Source: Octopus vulgaris (taxonomy: Eukaryota). From it: 64,000 nt of DNA. A program made the position numbers and the translations under genes. A model generated the notes under the pieces. It worked only from the letters and a program-made list of their open reading frames with translations, was not told the DNA's origin and did not search any database. This document shows, piece after piece, positions 1 to 10,817 of this stretch (positions within the stretch are counted from its first letter, which is position 1; each line of letters begins with the position of its first letter). The stretch spans positions 10,044,001 to 10,108,000 of the forward strand of contig OX597834.1 of NCBI GenBank assembly GCA_951406725.2, read 5' to 3'.

Positions 1-1268
1 TGATGACTGCTCTTAATGACTGGTTGATGTATGACATAGAATATCCATCGCTGTCTCGATTTGCATCTACAGATAAAAAAAATGCAGTCATTCATTAGTA
101 TTTTCGTTGTTTACGCAAAGACTGACTGACGCGCGTAGTGATGTGGGAAGCAAAATAAATAAATAAAAATGTCTGTGGTAGTGGCATTTGGAGCGTACAG
201 TCTGTGATCATTTCTGCAGTGGTAAATATCGAAGTACTAAGCATGGTGGTGCCGGAATGAGCCAAGATGCAAAAATTAGCAGAAGTATGATAATTCTCGT
301 TTGATACTTGTCATTTAATGAAAACTTGAGAACTTTGAAGATGATATTGCAAGTTCGGGAGAGCAGAAATATTAGATATGTGCATGTGTTATATTTCCTT
401 TATATTATTTCCGGGCATGCCTATATTCTGAACCCAAAACCCATAGGGGTCAACTTAGTAATTCTGTCTCTTACGCTTGCAATGGAAGAAATGCATGAAT
501 ACAAGTATAAATACGAGCCACTAGACAAGGCATCCCCTGATGATAGATCGCTCCGTGACACAGTCAGACATCAATAACTTCAAAGATTCTCGATGATGGA
601 CTCTAACAGAAGGCCTTCAGAAACTGGAGGAGTGGTATTTCTCAACTGCTTTTGTTCCTGGTTCGGCCAAGTGCTAAATATGTTTGTTTGTCATTCATGT
701 GGTTCTGAGTTCGATCCCACAGCACAGTTACCTTCAGTGACCTCATTAATGGCAATCTGGACAACACATGACTGGTGGATGAAATCACTTGGATGGAGAT
801 CAAGTGTGCACCAGTACTTAAGCGGTTGAATACCTCTTTTTGGGTGCTAAACATAACCCCACTTCGGTAAGAAAAGAACCAGGTATCTGTGGAAAGATTT
901 CAAAATAATCTCTCTTTTACAAGGTTGCAAACAATGTTTTCAGATTTCGGATAAAGTATGTACGTTCATATGTATGCAACTTCATCTTCTTTTCTTTTCT
1001 TTCTTCTCCTTCTCGCAACATGTCTGCGTGTGTGTGCATGTATGAGTGTTTTTGTGTTTGTGTGTGTGTGTGTGTGTGCGTGTTCCCTTAAATGTTTCAG
1101 TATTCCTTTCTCTGTTTATATTTATAGCCTTTAATCAGTGAAGTTTACATCTGAGGTTGAATAACTTACAATATCTACGTATCCATTCTGTGTTTTCATA
1201 GACAGCAATTGCAACATGTAGAATTTATGACAAAAACAGTTGTATAAGTATATATTACTGATTTTGTT

Positions 1269-1613
1269 GTGGAGGTGCAATGACCCAGTGGTTAGGGAAG
1301 CGGTTTCGATTCCCAGACAGGGCGTTGAGGGTGTTTATTGAACGAATACACCTAAAGCTCCACGAGTCTTCGGCAGACGGTTGTGGCGAACCCTGCTGTA
1401 CTCTTTCACCACAAATTTCTCTCATTCTTTCTTCCTGTTTCCGTTGTACCTGTATTTCAACGGGTTAGCCTTGCCACACTCTGTGTCACGCTGAATCTTC
1501 CCGAGAACTACGTTAAGGGTACACGTGTCTGTGGAGTGCTCAGCCACGAGCAGGCTGTTCCGTTGATCGGATTAACTGGAACACTTGTCGTCGTAACCGA
1601 CGGAGTGCCAACG
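1269..1613 (+). mobile_element. tRNA-derived SINE (family D), near full length with TSD
   Basis: A-box-like TGACCCAGTGG and B-box GGTTTCGATTCC with an internal deletion between them; 12-bp TSD ACTGATTTTGTT at 1257-1268 and 1614-1625. Confidence 0.85.
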
Positions 1614-1900
1614 ACTGATTTTGTTACTACTGAGTGAGATTGCGCCTAAGGCATTCATGTGTAAATCGAACACAAGCTTTCAATTCATTATGTAGTTTAT
1701 CGCATGTTCGTGTGTGTGTTTGTGTGTGTGTGTTGTAATCACGACTGTAGATCGTAGAGACGACAGCTAGGGGCATAAGAAAAGGAAAGAGCGGAAGAAA
1801 AGAAAAGAGGGGAAGGCGGCGGAGAGCAGAGAGGAAGGCATCGGCCTGCAGCGAGCGACGTCTCGACCATCTTTCGTCGTCCTCCTCGTCAACTACTTCG

Positions 1901-1918
1901 TCTCTCTCTCTCTCTCCC

Positions 1919-1978
<60 letters not shown>

Positions 1979-2010
1979 TCTCTCCCTCCCACTCTCTCTC
2001 TCTCTCTCTT
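1901..2010. repeat. (CT)n/(GA)n microsatellite
   Basis: Direct reading. Confidence 0.95.
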
Positions 2011-2066
2011 TCGCCCGTTCCCCCATCCGGTACATCACCGATGTATGTATTTATATATACAATATA

Positions 2067-2453
2067 TATTTTGTTACTACCCACAAGGGGCTATACATAG
2101 AGGGGACAATCAAGGACAGACAAACGGATTAAGTCGATTACATCGACCCCAGTGCGTAACTGGTACTTTATTTATCGACCCCTAAAGGATGAAAGGCAAA
2201 GTCGACCTCGGCGGAATTTGAACTCAGAACGTAACGGCAGACGAAATACCCATTTCTTTATTACCCACAAGGGTCTAAACACAGAGAGGACAAACAAGGA
2301 CAGACATAGGTATTGAGTCGATTACATCGACCCCAGTGCGTAACTGGTACTTAATTTATCGACCCTGAAAGAATGAAAGGCAAAGTCGACCTCGGCGGAA
2401 TACCGCTAAGCATTTCGCCCGGTGCGCTAACGTTTCTGCCAGCTCGCCGCCTT
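2067..2453 (-). mobile_element. SINE family A dimer (unit with head followed by a head-less second unit)
   Basis: Reverse strand reads AAGGCGGCGAGCTGGCAGAAACGTTAGCG...GTCGACTTTGCCTTTCAT...GTACCAGTTACGCACTGGGGTCGAT; the body occurs twice with the junction at 2250/2251. Confidence 0.9.
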
Positions 2454-2846
2454 TTATATGTTCAATATACACGCGCTTGCATGGGTGGCTGTGTGTGTAC
2501 AAGTGTTAACGTGAGAAAACACGCGCCCACATACACGCACTTACCTGCACACGAACTTATCTAGTCGCTATAATCTTTCATTCCATTATTGTTAACAAGA
2601 ATATAGTAGCCCTAACTAGAATACAAATATATTCATTTTACTTTTGTAACTGAAAAAGAGACACATATTTCTACATATTATACCAAGACTTGCTGATAAT
2701 AATCATTCACAGCAGACACTATTCAAGTTCTTCCACATTTTGCATCAGAAAATATGAAATACTTATTGTAAAATCCCTAAGACATTTTGACAAAGAGCTT
2801 TCTTTCTTATTAGCTTCGGGATCTTCTGCTATAAAGAGCATGGAAA

Positions 2847-3345
2847 TCTTTATATACAGAAGTAAGGTTTTGTGTCTGTCTCCTACGATTTAGATTACTA
2901 ACTACTCCCACATTTTGCGGTGCAGTTTAACCAAAACCGGGTATCTTATAGTCGTGATGCATATCGAGCCCTTCTGGGTATTAGCGCGCGTCTACGATGG
3001 GTCTACGATTTTAAAAATAATTTACCATTATTTTTTACCATTTTAATGCATTTTTTCGCTATTATATAAGGAAAGTAACTCTCTAAAAATGTCTACGATG
3101 AGTCAACGATTTTTAAAAAAATTACCATTTTTTTCCATTTTAATGAATTTTTTTCGCTATTATATAAGGGAAGTAACTCTCTAAAAATGTCTATGATGAG
3201 TCAACGATTTAAAAAAAAATTTACCATCATTGTTTTTCCATTTTAATGCATTTCATTTTAAAAATATTTTTTGGCTATAACTCTCTAAAAATGCTTTATA
3301 TTTATTTCCCTTACAAACCCGAGCAACGCCGGGCGATACTGCTAG
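2847..3345 (+). mobile_element. Non-autonomous Helitron with internal ~100-bp tandem repeat
   Basis: 5' A|TC at 2846/2847; 3' hairpin CCCGAGCAACGCCGGG (3318-3333) followed by CTAG|T (3342-3346); no TSD; three ~100-bp units from ~2990 to ~3292. Confidence 0.8.
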
Positions 3346-3994
3346 TTTCTTTCAAATCGCTCACACCCAACAGCTTTAAATAATAAGAGAACACACAATG
3401 TAATATTCTTAGCCATAGATAACCTTAAAGAAACTAGAAGGTCGTGACTGCAATTCTTTTCATTATAAATGTTCTCGATCAGAGTTGACCCGGGGTTAAA
3501 GAACAGCGACAGCTCGCTTCATAAATGCATCGTAGAGCTATTTCGCTTATTGTAAGTGTTATTCTATTCATTATATCGTAGGACTGTTAGCTACTTAGTA
3601 AATAAAGCATATTCTTAAGCAAGCTCTATTGATAACAGAGTTTAAATCTAGAACTGCAACATAATCAAACTATCTTCCACAATATATAACAACGAACTCA
3701 CCATTAAATCATATATTCATTGTCTTCAACAAGATACAGAAATAACCCCATCACACAATGCAATCGGTCGTATACAGCACTCGAGACGGTCACAGCTGGA
3801 AACGTATTGATCATACTTCTACTCGATCAGGGATGTCTTAGGGTTAAACAATAACAGTAATTGTTGTCAGCCATACTTGTTGGAACATATTTCCCATTAG
3901 GACTTTAGAATGCGTTAGACTAAAAACTACAGAGATTCCTTGTATGTTGACTGCATTGGCGACTGGATGCAAATCTTCAATTCTTTGGATTTAA

Positions 3995-4095
3995 TTCCTT
4001 TATTCTTTTACTTGTTTCGCTCAGTCGACAGCGCTCATGCCGGAGCAGCGCCCTTTAGGATTTAGTCGATCAAATCGACCCCAGTTCGTACTTCT
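3995..4095 (-). mobile_element. SINE family B 3' tail, diverged
   Basis: TTCTTTTACTTGTTTC...TAGTCGATCAAATCGACCCCAG matches the tails at 23745 and 28056. Confidence 0.7.
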
Positions 4096-4826
4096 GTCAA
4101 GACAGGCACATACTCTAATGTTGTTGATTGGTTGTTGTTTTGTGTTTGCTGTTGTTTTGCTGTTTTTTCGTGGGGGGGGGGGTCCGAGTTGGCAAATAAA
4201 AGGAACATAAATATAAGAAAACTTCGGCCATGAAGCAGTGGAAGAAAACACAAAAACACGCTCGCACACATGTACATATATATATACATACCTAAGTACA
4301 CACTCGCGAGTACACACACACTCATCCTCTCTTTCTTTCTCTCTGTTTCTCTCTCTCTCTCACACACACACACGCACGCACACGCTGATTTACACACACA
4401 CTCGAAATACTTATGCCAACCAAATTCAGTCGGAGGGCAATGGCCGGCCGAGAGCCATAATCGAAACTTCTCTAACCAGAAGCAAGATAGAACTGAGCCT
4501 GAAACCGCATGGTTGCAAAGCAGGAATTCTTTACCACAAAGACTTAACGGCGTCGATGTGGGTCACTCTTTGATTAACTTCGCCCCAGCATACACAAATA
4601 TCTATTTGTTATGTAACAGTTTAACCATAATGAAGATTCAACAATATAGCCGATGATCAATATCTTTCCTGTCATTTTCACCTTACACATGTTTCTAACA
4701 TCGAGCACTATGTTAGCCAAGGCATCCTTCAGTTGTTTCTCCCTTCTTTATCTCCCAAATACCTTCCGTTCTTTAAACGATAAGCTGCTATTTGAGCAGA
4801 GACCGAATGTTATTTCTAGCAGGCCA

Positions 4827-5242
4827 AAGGCGGTGAGCTGGCAGAATCGTTAGCACGCCGGGCGAAATGTTTAGCGGTATTTCGTCCGCCGCTACGTTCG
4901 GAGTTCAAGTTCCGACCAGGTTGACCCTGACTTTCATCTTTTCCGGGTCGAATAAGTACCAGTTACGCACCGGGGTCAATATAAACGACTTAATCCGTTT
5001 GTCTGTCCTTGTTTGTCCTCTCTGTGTTTAGCCCCTTGTGGGTAGTAAAGAAATAGGTATTTCGTCTGCCGCTACGTTCTGAGTTAAAATTCCGCCGAGG
5101 TCGACTTTGCCTTTCATACTATCGGGGTCGGTTGAATAAGTACCAGTTACGCACTGGGGTCGATATAATCGACTTAATCCGTTTGTCTGTCCTTGTGTGT
5201 CCTCTCTGTGTTTTTAGCCCCTTGTGGGTAGTAAAGAAACAT
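4827..5242 (+). mobile_element. SINE family A dimer with TSD
   Basis: Head AAGGCGGTGAGCTGGCAGAATCGTTAGC, B-box GGAGTTCAAGTTCC; second unit starts GGTATTTCGTCTGCC at 5056; 17-bp TSD TTATTTC(T/G)AGCAGGCCA at 4810-4826 and 5243-5259. Confidence 0.92.
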
Positions 5243-5465
5243 TTATTTCGAGCAGGCCAGACAAACTCATAAGATTTCTATCGAATTGCGACTCAAATGT
5301 TAAACAATACTGTTTCGTTTTTGGATTTGGTTTGCAAGATTCTTTATATGAGTTCGTGTGTTGAAGCATATTCTGTTGTGTCTTGGGAGAGTCATTTTCT
5401 TTTTGTGCTTTATAATGCAACACACTCACCGGTAAAAATTCCCAATTATTTCTTATTTTTATTTT

Positions 5466-5503
5466 CCTAAAATTTTCGTTGCGTCTTGCAACCTTTTCAA
5501 GAG
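5466..5503 (-). ncRNA. Minimal type I hammerhead ribozyme-like motif (U3-A8 core)
   Basis: Minus strand CTC-TTGAAAA-G-GTTGC-AAGAC-GCAAC-GAA-AATT-T-TAGG; core intact, one mismatch in stem I. Confidence 0.55.
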
Positions 5504-5509
5504 TCAAGA

Positions 5510-5546
5510 CTATTGAAAAGGTTGCAAGACGCAACGAGAATTTTAG
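5510..5546 (+). ncRNA. Minimal type I hammerhead ribozyme-like motif (U3-A8 core, A14G in this copy)
   Basis: CTA-TTGAAAA-G-GTTGC-AAGAC-GCAAC-GAG-AATT-T-TAG; stem I CTA/TAG, 5-bp stem II, palindromic AATT stem III. Confidence 0.5.
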
Positions 5547-7474
5547 GAAAATAAAAATAAGTGGAAATTTTACCGGTGAGTGTGTTACATTATAAGGCAC
5601 AAAAAGAAAATGACTCTACCCAGACACAACAAAACAATACTGTGTTATTTGAAAAGTATGTGGCTGCAACTTTTAACATATCGAACTACCACAATATTGT
5701 TGTTTCATGTTGTGAAAAGTACAGAAGTATTCCTTTTAGTAATTTCTATTTCTGGTGTGTCCTTAATATTTTTGTGCATCATTGTACTACGTTAAATATG
5801 CCACATGAATTATGCATTTCTTATTTAAAAAATTATCTAAACGATCCTCAAAAAAGTAAAAACAACATTCAAACAAACTTGTATGCAAATATTCAACATT
5901 CTATTGAATATTTCCCGGACTTCGACTTTGAACATTGCGATGCATGCTTGAAGTAAAGATTCTCTTATCGACTTTCATTTTATTTTCGTCCGCTGAAGAA
6001 CGTCCTGCTCAATATTATTGAATTTTATTTTCTTCCGCTCAGGGAATTTTAGATTTCTATGGGAAAACAAATCTTTAAATGATTTTTAGCGGTTCGCATT
6101 TCAATTTCTCACTATGTAAATTTGTAATTTTCTTCAGAGTGTTCGTAACAAAACGCCTCAGGGAATAAGTCAAATCCATCCAGTAAATTTTTTTTAGATC
6201 TTTTCACAAGCAAATAATTACTGATATTTTCTTCTTTATACAACACAAGAAAAAATAAATGTATAAACAATATGATAGTAGTAGTAGTAATAATAAATAA
6301 AGTGAAATAAAATAGAAACGATTGCTTCTCTTTGCCAAACGAGCATAATTTTAAAACCGCATGTATATATGCATGTGTTTACGCATACACTTACGTAAAC
6401 GCATTAATTTGAAAACACGTATGCAAATAGGGAATACACAGAAAGCGAAAAACACCCATACACAGATGCACAAATATATAAATGCACATATACATACATA
6501 CATTCATATATATATAGATATATATGAAGAGATCGAGATATAAAGCGATCGAGAATTGCACTTGGGAAATTCAATGTAAAAATAATGAAAGCAGTAATAT
6601 TTTAAGTAAATATCCACTAAAATTGGCGCAATACATCAAATACATTTTGATGCAAATATTATGTAAATAGTTTGCTAAAAATAATATTAATGTGTGAGAG
6701 TGTGTGTATGTGTGTGTGTGTATGAGCGTAAGTGTGTGTATATCTGTGTTCAACCTCATAGTGTGTTGGGGTTTTGATGTATGTACGAGTGTTTTCTTGC
6801 ATGTAAATTTTTGTTGCTTGCAAAAATTCATCTCAATTATTTGTCTATCAGTTTTTGCAACGTTCATTAAATTTAAAATCCGAACGTCCATAATGTATTA
6901 TGGATTTGCGTGAAAGACACATTTTATAGCTAATGTTTCCTTGATACTGAAATGATGTTTTATAAATCACCTCTTCTAAATATTCAGACATTGATAGAAA
7001 ACTGTTGTCGTGTGACCGCATCGAACAATACGGTGACATTTTTAATCGTAACTAGAGGCATTTACTTCTTTTTAACTAAAGTCTTCGTTAATACTCGAAC
7101 GCCATATGTATTCAAGATTTTACATCATTCGCATTATCGATTATTAACATGACGCTGCTGTAGAGAACTTTAAAGAACATCAGTTAGTGCTTCAAAAATA
7201 TGTTTGTTTCCTTCTATTACGTAATTGTTCAAGCTCCATTCCGAATGGCTATCCTTTCGGGGGAGCTCACATACGAGACATGTACTCATGTTACCTTCAT
7301 TGAACTAAACAACCGTCACAAAAAGATTGGGGCCTTCTTAATTTACAAAGCTTTTCGAGAACATAAGTTCTTCTTTAACAGTTCGATAATGTCAACAGAT
7401 TCATCTATTTTTTCAAACAAATACGATTTCAGATAAATTCTGAAAGTGTCTCCCTCCTTTTAAAATACAAAGAA

Positions 7475-7660
7475 ATTAGTATATTTCCACACGTCTTAAT
7501 CATTCGTTTTTACGAATAAACTAAACCTGTGAGATGAAAGGACATAAAAAAATGTCAGGCCATATTTTATCCGAGGTCTACTCCTCCTGCACAAGTTTGT
7601 AGTTCCATATTGGAGTTTTTTGAGGAACATTTCTTGACATTGAAAGCCCACAATTGCACT
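7475..7660 (-). pseudogene. Possible highly decayed Tc1/mariner transposase C-terminus
   Basis: Broken minus-strand frames give ..RNVPQKTP..KLVQEE*.. and ..LVYS*KRMIKTCGN.., loosely like Tc1 L.EEW..I / LV.SMP.R..VI..KGG; similarity is weak. Confidence 0.25.
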
Positions 7661-8132
7661 TTTGAGTTTTTCATTTACTTGAACATTAAAACATTAAAAT
7701 AAATGTGAAGGTTTTGCCAAGTCATAATATTTGATTCTTCTCAAATAATTATAAACATTGGTTCTTCTTTTGCAATATTGGTATACCATAGAAAACATGG
7801 CAATATGTGGAGAAATATCTTTATATCAAGATGTTCGATTCGTAACCATATGGTTATGGTTTGTGTGTAATTGCGTGTAAAGTATTTGAATCCTCAGTTG
7901 ATGATGTCCATCGTTTAAGAGTATAAATAGGGGTACATATTCCTTTATTATATTCATTTTCTACTATAGCACAAAAATTTAAAGAAAGAAGAAATATTGC
8001 TCAGCGCATTGTCTGGCGCGCTATCCTGCCAGCTCGCCGTAACCATGACATTTATGATATTGGTTTCAAATTTTGGCCAAGGGTCAGCAAAGATTCTGCC
8101 TGCTCGCCACTTTTATAACATTAATAACATTA

Positions 8133-8278
8133 CGTTTATATATTTGTTGTGCAAGATTTTTTATGTGAAGTCGTGTGTTGAAACAGACATTGATGTATTT
8201 CGAAATGGTCATTTTGCCAGTTTAGTGCATGTGTTTTTATTGGCTAAACTGACAAAATGACCATTCCGAAATACAACA
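8133..8278. mobile_element. Fold-back element, diverged relative of family C (subfamily F)
   Basis: 35-bp inverted arms 8191-8225 / 8244-8278; 58-nt tail homologous to 5314-5373; 13-bp TSD ATTAATAACATTA at 8120-8132 and 8279-8291. Confidence 0.85.
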
Positions 8279-8453
8279 ATTAATAACATTAGAATTCTAT
8301 AATATAAAAGTGGACAAGCACCACTTGTAATATTAACGCTGAAACAAATATCTCAAAGAGATCTTTGAATTGAAAAATAAAAATACTGTAGTTGTAACAA
8401 AGAAGACTGACTCTGAGAACTCTCTCTCTCTCTCTCTCTCTAATCCAAAATAC

Positions 8454-8674
8454 ATTTCTTTATTGCCCACAAGGGGTTAAACATAGAGGGGACATACAAG
8501 GACAGACAAAGGGATTAAGTTAATTACATCGACCTCAGTGCGTAACTGGTACTTAATTTATCGACCCCGAAAGGATGAAAGGCAAAGTCGACCTAGGCGG
8601 AATTTGAACTCAGAAGGTAATGACAGACGAAATACCGCAAAGCATTTCGCCCGACGCGCTAACGTGTCTGCCAG
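8454..8674 (-). mobile_element. SINE family A, near full length
   Basis: High identity to 29859-30091 and 63241-63446. Confidence 0.92.
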
Positions 8675-8818
8675 GATAGTATTAGAACTAGTACCGTTTC
8701 GGATTTGTATACATATTATAGATGTTGTAAACACCGGTGTATTTTAATACAACGCTGTTTTATGTGCGTATATTGACTTTAAAATAATATTCGGATGTGT
8801 GAAAATTATGACTGAAAT

Positions 8819-9037
8819 AAGGCGTCGAGCTGGAAGAATCGTTTCAAGCCGAGTAATAATCTTAGAGGCATTTCGTCTGTCCTGAGACTACGAGGTCAAA
8901 TTCCGTTGTGGTCGACTTTGCCTTTCAGCCTGTCGAGGTCAATAAAATAAGTACCAGTTGGACATTGGGGGTTAATGCAATCAATTTGCTCCATTCCCCG
9001 AATCTACTGGCCTTGTGCCAAAAATTTGAAATCAATA
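8819..9037 (+). mobile_element. SINE family A, older subtype with TTGTGCCAAAAATTTGAAA tail
   Basis: AAGGCGTCGAGCTGGAAGAATCG head; GGTCGACTTTGCCTTTCA...AAGTACCAGT body. Confidence 0.85.
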
Positions 9038-9499
9038 TTGACTGAAGTATTTGAACTGAAAGAATTAGTAATGCATGTGAATGAGAAAGGTCTCTGCAAC
9101 GGGTCGATTCCGGATTGCTTGATCCTCACAACTCGATACACGTCAAACACACAACATCCGTATTATTTGAAATTTTTTTCTATTTCTTTTTTCCATTCTA
9201 GTGTAGAGAAAAATAAATGTCCATGTCAAATGTTATTCATTCGTCCTACAGTAATGAGAGGGAAGTTCAAACGTTCGAAATTATTTTATTGGAAAAGAAA
9301 CTGAGGAAGATAAAATCCTTTCTAACAAAACAAAAAAAAATCAGCATGTGAAGTCAAGTTCTTCCCCGGAACTACATAACAAACGCCTATTTAGCGCAAA
9401 GGACAAGTGGAAAAATTGAACAAGAATAACAACGTATACCTAGAGCAGTAGCGCAAAAACCTAACATCAACTGCATGAAAAAACAGCAACAACACCGTT

Positions 9500-9803
9500 G
9501 AGAATGATAATAAAATAATAAATATGATGATAAAAATAATAATGATAATATATAATAATGATAATAATAATGATAATAATGATAATGATAATAATAATAA
9601 TAATGATAATAATGATGATGATTAATGATTATTATAATAATAATGATAATAATGATTATAATAATGATAATAATGATAATAATAATAATGATCATAATAA
9701 TAATAATGATGATAATAATAATAATGATGATAATAATAATAATGATGATAATAATACTAATGATGATAATAAGAATAATAATACTAATGATGATGATGAT
9801 AAA

Positions 9804-9835
<32 letters not shown>

Positions 9836-9960
9836 TGATGATAAAAATAATAATAATAATAATAATCATAATAAAATTTAATCTGTTTTGTGTTTATAGA
9901 ATAATAATGATTATGATAATCGTGATTGTCATGTTGAATATGATGATGATAGTAATAACA
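9500..9960. repeat. (AAT)n/(GAT)n composite microsatellite
   Basis: Direct reading. Confidence 0.95.
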
Positions 9961-10396
9961 AAGTCAGAAATCCACAAAGAAGATTCACCAAACCTGAGGG
10001 TTTGACGAGTCGAAAAAGTGGTATGGAATCGAGCCAGAGGCTAATATTATGAATAAAAATTCTGGGATTTTATAGGATTTCTTTTCTTAGAAACAAATCA
10101 CTCTATTCAGGCCGGATCTAATCATGAAGGGCTGGAGACAAAATGTGTGAAAAATCATTGATTCGTGATCCCGCATGACAGTAATGTGTATAGGGACAAA
10201 AAAACTTATAAAATTTAGAAATATCAGGGCTTAGCAAGAGGATTGAAGGAACACAATGGTGGACATTGTTCCTGTGTCATTGAAGTTCTTAACATAATAT
10301 CCAATCTGTTATCCTAAACGGCCGAGGAGAAACAATGATGACGAGTAGAAGAGGATCTCCATCTATTCTGCCAGAATCTTTCTTACTGTTACTTTT

Positions 10397-10572
10397 GAGA
10401 GTAGTATTATTAGTAGTAGTTAGAGTAGTAGTAGTAAGAGTAGTAAACGTAGTAGTAGTAGTAGTAAGAGTAGTAAACGTAGTAGTAGTAGTAGTAAGAG
10501 TAGTAAACGTAGTAGTAGTAGTAGTAAGAGTAGTAAACGTAGTAGTAGTAGTAAAAGTAGTAGTAGTAGTAA

Positions 10573-10604
<32 letters not shown>

Positions 10605-10650
10605 AGAGTAGTAGTAGTAGTAAGAGTAGTAGTAGTAGTAGTAGTAGTAA

Positions 10651-10685
<35 letters not shown>

Positions 10686-10785
10686 AGAGTAGTAGTAGTA
10701 GTAGTAGTAAGAGTAGTAGTAGTAGTAGTAGTAAGAGTAGTAGTAGTAGTAGTAGTAGTAGTAAGAGTAGTAGTAGTAGTAGTAA

Positions 10786-10817
<32 letters not shown>

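Larger units (their letters stand above)
5314..5631. mobile_element. Fold-back (palindromic) element, family C, probable non-autonomous Penelope-like element
   Basis: Inverted arms 5374-5505 / 5508-5631 with a 2-nt loop; 60-nt unpaired tail 5314-5373; 12-bp TSD AAACAATACTGT at 5302-5313 and 5632-5643. PLE assignment is inferred from the hammerhead motif and the tail-plus-inversion layout. Confidence 0.85.
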
